Below are positions 10,040 through 19,537 of a stretch of 44,127 nt of DNA, one piece after another. The DNA comes from Bacteroidales bacterium (GTDB lineage: Bacteria > Bacteroidota > Bacteroidia > Bacteroidales > FEN-979), in assembly GCA_049520195.1 (NCBI GenBank), contig JBEKQA010000005.1:1-44127 (forward strand), read 5' to 3'. A model generated the notes under the pieces. It made no database searches and was not told the origin of the DNA. It saw only the letters and a program-made list of their open reading frames with translations. Every line of letters starts with the position of its first letter. Position 1 is the stretch's first letter. Position numbers and translations under genes: made by a program.

Positions 10040-11011
10040 ATGAAAAAGATTCTTGGAATGGGGAATGCCCTCGTAGATATCATGATCCGGCTAGAAAATG
10101 AACAACTTCTTAAAGAACTGGACTTACCCAAAGGAAGCATGCAACTAGTTGATGCATTGAGAAGCAAGGCAATTCTGGATAAGTTGGAAAAATACCCAAA
10201 AAGTTTTTCAGCCGGTGGGTCTGCTGCCAATACGATTCATGGTCTGGCAATGCTTGGAAATCCTGTAGGATACCTGGGGGTAATTGGGGAGGATGAATTG
10301 GGTGGTTCGTTTGTTAAAGATATGATCAATGCCGGTGTTGAGCCGCATATGATCCACAGCAAACAGGAAACAGGCCGCGCAATTGCCCTGATAACGCCGG
10401 ATTCGGAACGTACCTTCGCTACCTTCCTGGGGGCGGCCCTTGAGCTGGAGGCCTCTAACCTGGAACTTTTCGATTTCAGCAAGTATGATTATCTTCATAT
10501 TGAAGGGTATCTGGTTCAGAATCACAATCTAATCCGAACGGCAGTAACACTGGCAAAGAAGAATAATCTGATGGTTTCTCTTGATCTTGCAAGCTACAAT
10601 GTCGTGGAAGCCAACCTGGATTTTCTCAGGGAGATCGCTGAAAAATATGTAGATATCCTGTTTGCCAATGAAGAGGAAGCCAAAGCCTTCACCGGTCAAG
10701 AACCCAGAGAGGCATTGGATAAAATAGCCAAAATGGTCAGGATTGCAGTTATTAAAACCGGCTCCAAAGGTTCCCTGATCAAAAGCAGGGACAAAATGGT
10801 CGAAATAGGTGTAATTAACGTAAGACCTGTCGATACAACCGGTGCGGGAGATCTTTATGCATCGGGCTTCCTTTATGGTCAATCCAATGATTTGCCACTT
10901 AAAAAATGCGGCGAGATCGGCACACTGCTCGCCGGTCATGTGATAGAGGTCGTGGGGTCCAAAATGGGTAAGGACAAATGGATGGAGATCAGGAAAATGA
11001 CGGCAGAGTGA
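10040..11011 (+). CDS. PfkB-family carbohydrate kinase (adenosine kinase-like)
   Basis: GMGNALVD, GGSAANT, ANEEE, DTTGAGD. Confidence 0.92.
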   Translation: MKKILGMGNALVDIMIRLENEQLLKELDLPKGSMQLVDALRSKAILDKLEKYPKSFSAGGSAANTIHGLAMLGNPVGYLGVIGEDELGGSFVKDMINAGVEPHMIHSKQETGRAIALITPDSERTFATFLGAALELEASNLELFDFSKYDYLHIEGYLVQNHNLIRTAVTLAKKNNLMVSLDLASYNVVEANLDFLREIAEKYVDILFANEEEAKAFTGQEPREALDKIAKMVRIAVIKTGSKGSLIKSRDKMVEIGVINVRPVDTTGAGDLYASGFLYGQSNDLPLKKCGEIGTLLAGHVIEVVGSKMGKDKWMEIRKMTAE

Positions 11012-11037
11012 CTTTGTAATACTTAATGACTGAACAT

Positions 11038-11068
11038 TTTGATAATTAACTGGCATTATTTAACTTTG
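11038..11068 (+). promoter_or_regulatory. Full Bacteroidota promoter TTTG-N19-TAACTTTG for EF-G2
   Basis: -33 TTTG at 11038-11041 and -7 TAACTTTG at 11061-11068, 19-nt spacer. Confidence 0.75.
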
Positions 11069-11120
11069 CAGCCCTTTTCAAACAATCCTACTTCCAATTA
11101 CAATAAGAAACAAATAGAAA

Positions 11121-13259
11121 ATGAAAGTATTTCAAACGAGTGAGATCAGGAACATCGCCCTCATAGGAGGTGCTAAATCTGGAAAAACAACCTTAGGAGA
11201 AGCGATGGTCTTTGAAGGTGGCATTATAAACCGCCGGGGAACCGTGGAAGATAAAAACACGATTTCCGACTACCGTCCGATCGAGCTTGAACGTCAGAAT
11301 TCCGTCATATCTTCTGTACTTTACACAGTTTACAATAACAAAAAGATCAACATCATTGACACTCCCGGATTTGATGATTTTATCGGAGAAGTTGTAGCAG
11401 CCCTGAAAGTGGCTGATACAGCCCTGATGGTTGTCAATTCCCAGAATGGTGTGGAAGTAGGAACAGAGATCACCTGGAGATATACCACCAGAAACCAGAC
11501 TCCGGTTATCTTTGTCATAAACCATCTCGATCAGGAACATGCCAATTTTGATGAAACTGTCCGCCAACTCCATCAGCAGTTTGGAAAGAATGTCACATTG
11601 ATGCAGTATCCTGTCAACACAGGGAGCGGTTTTAACAGCATTATCGACCTGTTGAAGAAGAAGATGTACAAATATCCACAGGGAGGCGGAAAGCCCGAGA
11701 TCCTTGACGTTCCGGACAGTGAAAAAGCCAAAGCAGAAGAAATGCACAATACCCTTATCGAGGAGCTGGCCTCCAAAGATGAATCCCTGATGGAAGTTTT
11801 CTTTGAAAAAGGAACGCTGACGGAAGAAGAAATTTCAACCGCATTACGTACGGGTATCATCAATCGTTCTATCTTCCCGGTGATGTGTATATGCGCAAAA
11901 CAGGATATGGGCATTGGTCGACTTCTCGAATTTATCGCAAATAGCGTACCTTCTCCCGATGCAATGCCTGCCATTAAAACAAAAGACGGGAAAGAACTGA
12001 AATGCACGGCAACAGAACCTGCTACTGCTTTCGTTTTTAAAACCGCGATTGAACAGCATCTCGGCGAAGTCTCCTTCTTCAAGGTATATGCAGGCGAAGT
12101 GACTGAAGCCATTGACATGATCAATCCCAGCCGGAATAGCTCAAAAGAACGTCTTTCACAGCTCTTTGTCATCAACGGGAAGAATCGTGAAAAAGTTGAA
12201 AAACTGATTGCCGGTGATATCGGTGCAACTATAAAGCTGAAAAATACTTATACTAACAATACGCTCAATTCTCCAAAGAATGCAGATATTGAGATTGAAA
12301 CCATGGTTTATCCTGAACCAAAATTCAGGACTGCTGTAAAAGCAAAAAATCAGAGTGATGATGAGAAACTGGGTAGCTTGCTCAGTGAACTGACCAAAAT
12401 GGATCCCACTCTTGTTCTGCTTTACTCAAAAGAATTAAAACAGGTTATCCTGATGGGACAGGGTGAGCTTCATCTTAATATCGCAAAATGGCAGCTGGAG
12501 AATCTCGAAAAGATTGGCATCGAATTCCTGGCTCCGAAGATCCCGTATCGTGAAACAATCACCAAATCAGCTAAATCAATGTACCGCCACAAGAAACAAT
12601 CAGGAGGTGCAGGACAGTTTGGTGAGGTTCACATGATGATCGAGCCTTTCCGCGAAGGAATGAAAGACCAGAACGAATTCCCGATCCGTGGGAAAGATAT
12701 TATTGAACTGGAATGGGGCGGGAAACTGGTTATGCAGAACTGTATAGTTGGCGGTGCCATTGATGCCCGCTTTATGCCGGCCATCCTGAAAGGGCTCATG
12801 GAAAAGATCGAAGAAGGACCTCTCACGGGTTCATATGCCCGCGATATCGTGGTAAGTATCTATGATGGTAAAATGCACCCGGTCGACTCCAATGAAATTT
12901 CCTTTAAGCTTGCCGGAAGAAATGCCTTCAAAGAAGCTTTTAAAAATGCCGGTCCCAAGATCCTTGAGCCAATCTATGATGTTGAAGTGATCGTACCCGA
13001 GGAAAAAATGGGAGATGTAATGACAGACTTGCAGGGACGCCGTGCCGTCATCATGGGAATGGATAGCGAAGGTACCTACCAGAAGATCCTTGCAAAAGTA
13101 CCGCTGGCCGAACTTAATCGTTATTCGACTGCATTGAGCTCACTCACAAGTGGCCGTGCGACTTATAACATGAAATTTGCCGAGTATACCCAGGTGCCGG
13201 GCGATGTTCAGGATAAGCTGCTTAAAGCTTACGAAGAACAGGAAAAAGAAGAAGAATAA
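11121..13259 (+). CDS. fusA2: Elongation factor G paralog (EF-G2 type)
   Basis: EF-G domain order; G1 GGAKSGKTT, DTPG, degenerate G4 NHLD, GQGELHL, YRETI, KKQSGGAGQFG, domain IV insert ending LEWGGKL. Confidence 0.9.
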   Translation: MKVFQTSEIRNIALIGGAKSGKTTLGEAMVFEGGIINRRGTVEDKNTISDYRPIELERQNSVISSVLYTVYNNKKINIIDTPGFDDFIGEVVAALKVADTALMVVNSQNGVEVGTEITWRYTTRNQTPVIFVINHLDQEHANFDETVRQLHQQFGKNVTLMQYPVNTGSGFNSIIDLLKKKMYKYPQGGGKPEILDVPDSEKAKAEEMHNTLIEELASKDESLMEVFFEKGTLTEEEISTALRTGIINRSIFPVMCICAKQDMGIGRLLEFIANSVPSPDAMPAIKTKDGKELKCTATEPATAFVFKTAIEQHLGEVSFFKVYAGEVTEAIDMINPSRNSSKERLSQLFVINGKNREKVEKLIAGDIGATIKLKNTYTNNTLNSPKNADIEIETMVYPEPKFRTAVKAKNQSDDEKLGSLLSELTKMDPTLVLLYSKELKQVILMGQGELHLNIAKWQLENLEKIGIEFLAPKIPYRETITKSAKSMYRHKKQSGGAGQFGEVHMMIEPFREGMKDQNEFPIRGKDIIELEWGGKLVMQNCIVGGAIDARFMPAILKGLMEKIEEGPLTGSYARDIVVSIYDGKMHPVDSNEISFKLAGRNAFKEAFKNAGPKILEPIYDVEVIVPEEKMGDVMTDLQGRRAVIMGMDSEGTYQKILAKVPLAELNRYSTALSSLTSGRATYNMKFAEYTQVPGDVQDKLLKAYEEQEKEEE

Positions 13260-13283
13260 CCTTTACCTAGTTGATAATTTGAG

Positions 13284-13308
13284 ACCCGGCAACTTGCCGG
13301 GTTTTTTT
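13284..13308 (+). terminator. Rho-independent terminator after EF-G2
   Basis: ACCCGGC-aactt-GCCGGGT hairpin followed by a T tract. Confidence 0.88.
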
Positions 13309-13341
13309 GTACAGAGTGAACAAAGATCAGATAAAAACTTA

Positions 13342-14619
13342 ATGGCTGCAGAAGAGGATATAAACAGACATGATGCATATGCAGTGCTGAAGATCAAAGA
13401 CTTCCGGTTATTTCTCTCTTTCCGGTTTTTCATGACCATAGCAGCACAGATGCAGAGTATCATCGTGGGCTGGCAGGTTTATGAGCTCACGCACGATCCC
13501 TTTTCACTCGGACTGATCGGTCTGGCAGAGGCAATTCCTTTCATCTCTGTCGCATTATACTCGGGTCATGTCGCTGACCGGTTTGACCGGAAAAAGATAA
13601 TTTTATATTTTGACCTGCTCTTTCTGTTAGCCAGCGGATTACTGTTGCTGATTACTTTCCACAAGACAGGAGTAATCGGAAGGTTCGGAGTTACGCCCAT
13701 ATACCTTTGTGTTGCAATATCGGGCATCGCAAGGGCTTTTATCTATCCTTCCACAATTTCACTGATGGCCCAGATCGTTCCCAGGTCATTGTATACCAAT
13801 TCGGCCACCTGGAACAGCACCCTCTGGCAGATAGCCGCTATTACAGGTCCTGCCGTTGGTGGCTTGATTTACGGATTTTTCGGAGTGAAAATAGCATACA
13901 TGACCGTCATCATCTCTATGATTATTTCCTTTATTCTGACCTCCAATATCCGTAGCCGGCCGGTTCCTCCTATTGACGAGACTGAAACCATCATCCAAAG
14001 ACTTACCAATGGGATAAAATTCGTTTTCAGCAACCAGATCTTGCTTGGAGCAATGGCACTCGATATGTTTGCCGTGCTTTTTGGAGGTGCTGTCGCCATG
14101 CTTCCCGTATTTGCCGGCGAGGTACTGAAGGTAGGTCCACAGGGGCTTGGCCTGTTGCGGGCATCCCCTATGGTTGGAGCAGTGCTGATGTCTGTAATCC
14201 TGGCTTTTAATCCTCCAAGAGTCAAAGCTGGCAGAATATTGATGATCGGTGTAGCCGGATTCGGATTGAGCATCATCTGTTTTGCACTCTCGAAAAACTT
14301 CTACCTTTCCATGGTATTGTTAGCCCTCAGTGGGATGTTTGATAATATCAGCGTGGTTATACGCCTGGCGACGATGCAACTCGTGGCACCCGACGAAATG
14401 CGTGGAAGAGTTGCTTCTGTAAACAGCATATTTATCGGGTCTTCCAATGAATTAGGTTCATTTGAATCAGGTCTTGCGGCAAAACTCATGGGACTAATCC
14501 CATCTGTTATCTTTGGAGGGGTAATGACCCTTCTGATTGTCAGCGTCACAGCCAAAAAAGCCCCTATGCTGAGGAGGTTAAATCTTGCAACTATTGGAAC
14601 AGGATCAAGAGAATCCTAG
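13342..14619 (+). CDS. MFS transporter (EntS/DHA3-like)
   Basis: About 12 hydrophobic segments, GHVADRFDRK motif A, PDEMRGRV. Start placed at ATG 13342, downstream of the terminator. Confidence 0.9.
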   Translation: MAAEEDINRHDAYAVLKIKDFRLFLSFRFFMTIAAQMQSIIVGWQVYELTHDPFSLGLIGLAEAIPFISVALYSGHVADRFDRKKIILYFDLLFLLASGLLLLITFHKTGVIGRFGVTPIYLCVAISGIARAFIYPSTISLMAQIVPRSLYTNSATWNSTLWQIAAITGPAVGGLIYGFFGVKIAYMTVIISMIISFILTSNIRSRPVPPIDETETIIQRLTNGIKFVFSNQILLGAMALDMFAVLFGGAVAMLPVFAGEVLKVGPQGLGLLRASPMVGAVLMSVILAFNPPRVKAGRILMIGVAGFGLSIICFALSKNFYLSMVLLALSGMFDNISVVIRLATMQLVAPDEMRGRVASVNSIFIGSSNELGSFESGLAAKLMGLIPSVIFGGVMTLLIVSVTAKKAPMLRRLNLATIGTGSRES

Positions 14620-14642
14620 AAGTTAAATTGTATGTTTGAACC

Positions 14643-16058
14643 TCAGTCAACCCGGTATTTGACGAGATCCCAACAGTCGTTCATCTCGGTATTTTTAATG
14701 AGGAAATAGGCATCACCACCATAGATGGTAATCTTTTCAGGAAAATAATACGGTATTTCGGTTCCTTCATCTAATTTTCCTGATTCCATGTTCAGATTCC
14801 TGATTTTGACCTTTCCGTTTTTCAGGAATATCGTATATACTTTATTCGAATAATCATCGGTAAATATTTTGGTTCCCCATCGCCAGCCGGAATTTGATGC
14901 ATGTTTTGAGGTTAATGAATCAGCCGCTTTTATCTCTTTATGAAAACTTATCGGAACGGTACGAATAATCTTACCGCTTGTATCCATAAATTCAATAATG
15001 TCGCTTCCGAAATTGAAGAATTCAATGATATTATCTTTGGTTTTGATTACCGGGAAGATCATATTAAAGTACTCTATCTTATGTGCCCTGGCTTCATAGG
15101 CGCCATAAGTTCCTCCTTCGATTCTTGAAATTGAAAAATCCAGTTCCGGGTCCGTTTCAAATATTTCATCAGGCTGTAAGATATTTGAAGGCCTGAGTGA
15201 TTCTGCGAAAGCGTTAGAAGAATAGAATGTATTCCAACCATTGTAGAAATCCTTATCATCAAAGTATTCTTTGAGTTTACTGATATAAGCACATTTTCTG
15301 ATATAGGTCTTTTCTTTTCCTTTTTGGTAATATCCGATTCCTGTTGCAAAACCATTCGCCATCTTTTCCTGGAAATATAACCGGTCTGCGATTCTGAAAA
15401 GGAAAGGCCTGACATATAAAATCAAAGAATCCATCGTTGTTTTGTATAGAAAATCAATTCTTTTCTTCTGTTCATTATAGTAGCATTGATAGGCATTTCC
15501 ACCATTTGTGCAATAATGAACGTTGGCCAGAAAATCTTTGTAGAGTGAAGCGGATGGAGGCTCGGGTAAATCCGATACTGCGAGAGTGTCGCCGTCACGG
15601 GTAAGCAACACAAGTTCAGATCGTTTTAACTGATTTTTGTAAACCAGTAAAAGGATATTGCCATTCATCAATTCATAATCCAGGACTGAATAATTTTTGT
15701 CCTTAAACAGGAATAAAGCCTTTGAATAAGAAATATCAAGAGTCGGCAAGGAGTAGGACTTCGGTCTCAACAAAAATTCAACTTTAGTCTCAGAAACAGA
15801 CCTGATTTTAAAAAGGGCATCTTCATAACCGATGCACGTAATGAGCAGGTTGACAGGCAATTTGCTGATAATTAACCTAAACTCTCCGGTTTTATCAGTC
15901 GGGGTCCCAATTATGGTTCCTTCTATTTTGATATTTACTCCGGGAATCGGATTGGATGAAAGTTCGTCTTTCACGAGGCCTTTCAGGATTGTTCTCTGAG
16001 GGAACCCGGGAATACTTAAAAACAGGAAAAGGATCAAAAATAAAAGGGACTGTTTCAT
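14643..16058 (-). CDS. Secreted protein with N-terminal carboxypeptidase-regulatory-like (CarboxypepD_reg) domain
   Basis: Signal peptide MKQSLLFLILFLFLSIPGFP, then LKGLVKD...PIPGVNI...GT.TD..GEF...IGY; C-terminal part unrecognised. Confidence 0.75.
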   Translation of the reverse strand: MKQSLLFLILFLFLSIPGFPQRTILKGLVKDELSSNPIPGVNIKIEGTIIGTPTDKTGEFRLIISKLPVNLLITCIGYEDALFKIRSVSETKVEFLLRPKSYSLPTLDISYSKALFLFKDKNYSVLDYELMNGNILLLVYKNQLKRSELVLLTRDGDTLAVSDLPEPPSASLYKDFLANVHYCTNGGNAYQCYYNEQKKRIDFLYKTTMDSLILYVRPFLFRIADRLYFQEKMANGFATGIGYYQKGKEKTYIRKCAYISKLKEYFDDKDFYNGWNTFYSSNAFAESLRPSNILQPDEIFETDPELDFSISRIEGGTYGAYEARAHKIEYFNMIFPVIKTKDNIIEFFNFGSDIIEFMDTSGKIIRTVPISFHKEIKAADSLTSKHASNSGWRWGTKIFTDDYSNKVYTIFLKNGKVKIRNLNMESGKLDEGTEIPYYFPEKITIYGGDAYFLIKNTEMNDCWDLVKYRVD

Positions 16059-16157
16059 TCTAATTCTGGTGGGATGTTCTTTCAAAAAGGTGTAATTTTA
16101 TAAATCCGGAGTCTCATCATCAATTCTACTAGCCCCTGAAATATTAAGTCAAACAAG

Positions 16158-16529
16158 TTATTCAACCTCAATCTTAATCTGGCACTTATAAAGCCACTCC
16201 TTTAACCACGGTCTTTTGTAGAAATACTCGATAATTGTGCTCCCTTGCTTCTTTCCAATAAATTCAATCGTATTAATAAAATGCCCTCCGCCGGTGGCAT
16301 TGCCTTCCATTACTACTGACGAAACATCTTTAATTGTGATGATTGATTTATCATACACTGAATCTGCCTGCCAGATATATCCGGCACCGGGAAGATTCAC
16401 GAATTTGAGCTCAAAAGAAGTGCCGGACTTTATTTTTTGTGTGATGACAGTATCCGAAGAGATATATTTCTGGCCCATCGAGTGCAAGGTTAAGAACAAG
16501 ATGAAAAGAACAAATATTATGGATTTCAT
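16158..16529 (-). CDS. Chagasin/I42-family cysteine protease inhibitor-like secreted protein
   Basis: Signal peptide; loops LPGAGYIW (NPTTGYxW-like), GGG and YKRPW. Confidence 0.7.
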   Translation of the reverse strand: MKSIIFVLFILFLTLHSMGQKYISSDTVITQKIKSGTSFELKFVNLPGAGYIWQADSVYDKSIITIKDVSSVVMEGNATGGGHFINTIEFIGKKQGSTIIEYFYKRPWLKEWLYKCQIKIEVE

Positions 16530-16593
16530 TTTTCAATAACATAATCAGGTAAAATTAGTAAATTTCATAATATACAAAGTGGGGAGAATATGA

Positions 16594-16721
16594 GGGTGAC
16601 AGAGTGACAGAGTAACAGAGTGACAAAGAAAGAAAAATAGCGAAATCGCGAAAAAGCGATATAGCGAAAAAATTCCTAATTTCAGATTCTTCTTTCCTGA
16701 CTCCGGATTCCTGATTCGTTA
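16594..16721. repeat. Degenerate tandem 8-mers (AGAGTGAC, then CGAAATAG type) followed by 7-mers (TTCCTGA type)
   Basis: agagtgac agagtaac agagtgac ... cgaaatcg cgaaaaag cgatatag ... ttcctaa tttcaga ttcttct ttcctga ctccgga ttcctga. Confidence 0.75.
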
Positions 16722-16750
16722 ATCAGTATTCGCCCTCTTTTCCCATACCA

Positions 16751-16838
16751 AACCTTCACCCTCCCTTCACTTAAACTATAGTCTTCCTTCGTTCTTTGTT
16801 CGTTCTTCATTCGTATTGACAATAGTCAAAGTATATCC
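16751..16838 (-). repeat. Eight phased degenerate 11-bp units (array 1)
   Basis: Minus strand: ggatatacttt gactattgtca atacgaatgaa gaacgaacaaa gaacgaaggaa gactatagttt aagtgaaggga gggtgaaggtt. Confidence 0.7.
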
Positions 16839-17011
16839 AGGGATCAATCATCAAATAACCTTTATTTGACTCGACCCAAACAATCAAAAACTAGAAAAAA
16901 TTGGAAAATACAGACAGAATTAAAATAAAAATCTACCGCAAAGGCATACCTCTTCCACGCCGGAACTTCCGCTTTTAAAGAAATTAACTTTGAATTTTAC
17001 TTTGAATGGTG

Positions 17012-17047
17012 CCCCTCCCTCTTGGGGGAGGGGTTTGGGGTGGGGTC
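17012..17047 (+). repeat. GC-rich REP-like palindromic element, copy 1
   Basis: CCCCTCCC-tcttgg-GGGAGGGG hairpin plus TTTGGGGTGGGGTC tail; near-identical inverted copy at 19538. Confidence 0.85.
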
Positions 17048-17054
17048 ATTAGAG

Positions 17055-17630
17055 TCACGAAGAGCCATTAAAAACAACACTACTTTCAACTACATTTCCT
17101 GGCCGATCTTTGACCCGGATAAGAATCCGGCAAGATTTATAGTCATCATTCTCAACCGTCGCCGTATAGTCCCATTCGGTATTTTCCGAAAACTCTCTCG
17201 GAACTGCCGCTCCGCACTCTACAACTTCTCCCCTCACATTAAAGATCACCATACTAACGCCTTCAACCTTCCATTTATCCCAGACCGAAACAGTAACTAC
17301 ATTTCCCGGGAGGCCTTGATAACCAGTCACATCAACACGATCTACAACCGGTCTTGAGAGAAAATCAGAAATAGCCGCATTATAGGGAGTCAGGTCTGGT
17401 CTTTTCTTCCTGTAGTACGCTGATAACGCCGGATTTTTTATAACATATTGGCCATACTTGACCGCCTTCGCAAACCGGGTATTAATTTCCACTTGTTTCG
17501 CGCTCCGCACCACCTTCGAGCAGTCAGGCCGCTTTGCCATTACGGACTTCCCATTATAATTCCTGAACACAATATCTCCCACTCTGCCGGAGTATGCGCT
17601 GGTTATCACATTATTATAAGATACAGCTAT
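17055..17630 (-). CDS. Uncharacterised Bacteroidota protein: basic 'SGRVG..VFR' N-terminus, helical middle, beta-rich C-domain; start uncertain (ATA at 17630 or GTG at 17609)
   Basis: Frame is open upstream of the GTG and reads ATA-GCT-GTA-TCT-TAT-AAT-AAT-GTG (I/M-A-V-S-Y-N-N-V), then ITSAYSGRVGDIVFRNYNGKSVMAKRP...Q...RFAKA. Confidence 0.75.
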   Translation of the reverse strand: MAVSYNNVITSAYSGRVGDIVFRNYNGKSVMAKRPDCSKVVRSAKQVEINTRFAKAVKYGQYVIKNPALSAYYRKKRPDLTPYNAAISDFLSRPVVDRVDVTGYQGLPGNVVTVSVWDKWKVEGVSMVIFNVRGEVVECGAAVPREFSENTEWDYTATVENDDYKSCRILIRVKDRPGNVVESSVVFNGSS

Positions 17631-17835
17631 ATTATGGGGGTTTTATTAATATAGCATAAAGGTAATACATAATAATAACCTATACAATACCCCAGACCAG
17701 GATTTATGAACAAATTTAATAATATGGGATAGTCGTAACGCGTGACTCGTAGACAATACCTGACCAATTATTGAGCAGATCCGCCGCAGTGGAACAAATT
17801 CTGCAATATTCCAAACCTAGTCGGTATATATAATT

Positions 17836-18975
17836 TTAAAGGAACAACTCAACAATCTTTCTTAAATCCTCTTCATTAAGCTTATAATTAGCTCCGCAGA
17901 CTTTATTCAGTACCAATGCCTCGAGGATCTTCTGTTTATTTACTGCAATCCCGGTTTCAGATACCCTGACGGGGCAATGCAGCGAACGGAACATTTCTTC
18001 AATCCGCCATATGGTTTCATAGGAAGTGAGGGCCTGGTTGAAGATCCCGGAGCCAAGCAATCCAATTCTATCGGGATTCTTTTTCTCGATGTATTTCAAC
18101 CAGGCCGGATAAACAATTGAAAGCGAAGCTCCATGGGGAATATCGTAAAGCAACGAAAGAATATGACCGATGCTGTGAACGCCCCAGTCGCCCGATTTTT
18201 TACCCAGGGTCGTTAGTCCGTTCAAAGCCATGGTGGCTGCATACATGATCTTTTCACGAAGCTCATAATTATGCAGATCTTTTACCAGTTCAGGACCATA
18301 TTGCAGGGCTTCCTGAATGATTGCAATAATGAACCGGTCGCTGAGTGTTGCATCACCCGCACCGAACCAGGCCTCAAAACAATGTGCGATCAAATCTGCG
18401 ATTCCGTAAGCCGTGTAGTTAAGTGGCACGCTTTCCGTCAGTTGCGGATCGAGAAAGGAATGAACAGGATACATCAGCGGAGATCCGAATCCGTCTTTGA
18501 ATTTAGCATCCTTCCTCGAGATCACGGCAAACGGATTCATCTCTGTTCCAGTGGCCGCAAGTGTGAGGATACAAATCAAAGGGATTGCTTTCTCTGGCTT
18601 GGCTTTCCGGGTAATGAAATTCCAGGCCGGATGGTTAACGGGGATCGTAATGGATATAAACTTCGCCGAATCGATCACACTGCCACCGCCTACGGCTAGG
18701 ATTACATCAACATTGTGTTCCCTCCCCAGTGCGGAAGCAGCTTCCACATCTTCTATTAGAGGATTTGACTGGATACCGGAATATTCAACAACCTCTGCGC
18801 GCACCTCCTTAAGGTAATCAATTACAGTATCATAGAGTCCCGATCTCTTTACGGATCCTTTGCCGTAAACCAGTAAAACCTTCCTGCCATATTGCTGAAG
18901 AACATTCCTCAACCCATAAAGCGAATTCCTTCCGAAGTGAAGTGTTGTTGGATTACAATAAATGAAGTTTTCCAT
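17836..18975 (-). CDS. Iron-containing alcohol dehydrogenase (BdhA/YqhD butanol dehydrogenase type)
   Basis: NPT..HFG, GKGS, AVGGGSVIDSAK, TLAATGTE, metal ligands D..AH, H.IGH, HG. Confidence 0.93.
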   Translation of the reverse strand: MENFIYCNPTTLHFGRNSLYGLRNVLQQYGRKVLLVYGKGSVKRSGLYDTVIDYLKEVRAEVVEYSGIQSNPLIEDVEAASALGREHNVDVILAVGGGSVIDSAKFISITIPVNHPAWNFITRKAKPEKAIPLICILTLAATGTEMNPFAVISRKDAKFKDGFGSPLMYPVHSFLDPQLTESVPLNYTAYGIADLIAHCFEAWFGAGDATLSDRFIIAIIQEALQYGPELVKDLHNYELREKIMYAATMALNGLTTLGKKSGDWGVHSIGHILSLLYDIPHGASLSIVYPAWLKYIEKKNPDRIGLLGSGIFNQALTSYETIWRIEEMFRSLHCPVRVSETGIAVNKQKILEALVLNKVCGANYKLNEEDLRKIVELFL

Positions 18976-19027
18976 GCCAGAATAATAATATTTATTTATA
19001 GATACTTTTGTATTTTTCTGTTTTGAT

Positions 19028-19471
19028 CTAGTGGCTTTTATTGCAGGAATAGGTGCCTGTGATCAGGTCAATGATGTCTCCCGAAGGATAGACTGCAAAA
19101 TTCCCGTAAAGAAGAGTATCCTGCACATCGAAAGTTCCGTCAATGTAAGACTCCCCGGCGTTTCCGGTTCCAAGATGAATCTTGAACTGTGTGCCGTTTA
19201 CAATAGCAAGACCCGCAGAACTGCCGGCGCGGAATTCCTGGTACCCGCTGACAGTATATACCATCACGTCGTACTGGTTTATATATAGATTCCCGTTGAT
19301 ATTTGTAACTCCAAGCGAAATCGTTGTCCCCTGGGAGGTCGTTCCCGGCCAGGTCCCGAGAAGTTGCGGGTAATCCGGAAGAGGTGTCTCTTTCTTCTTA
19401 CACGACGAAAATGTGATATTAATAAGAAATGCACCTGTAATAATAACTATCAGTAATAGAGCTCTTTTCAT
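19028..19471 (-). CDS. Hypothetical lipoprotein
   Basis: Signal peptide ending FSSC followed by KKKE; LLGTW and a beta-rich body. Confidence 0.75.
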   Translation of the reverse strand: MKRALLLIVIITGAFLINITFSSCKKKETPLPDYPQLLGTWPGTTSQGTTISLGVTNINGNLYINQYDVMVYTVSGYQEFRAGSSAGLAIVNGTQFKIHLGTGNAGESYIDGTFDVQDTLLYGNFAVYPSGDIIDLITGTYSCNKSH

Positions 19472-19537
19472 CTTCGACTCATTTTATTCTCTTCAAAATT
19501 ACACATAATTTCCGATTGAAATCAAACTTAAGTCTTA

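Noticed and set aside
11193-12175. Long antisense ORFs (184 and 200 aa) inside EF-G2, and similar ones inside other genes
   Set aside because: No motifs; they are expected shadows of codon bias in real genes
13177-13341. N-terminal extension of the MFS ORF in the track
   Set aside because: It overlaps the EF-G2 3' end and spans its terminator; ATG 13342 is more plausible
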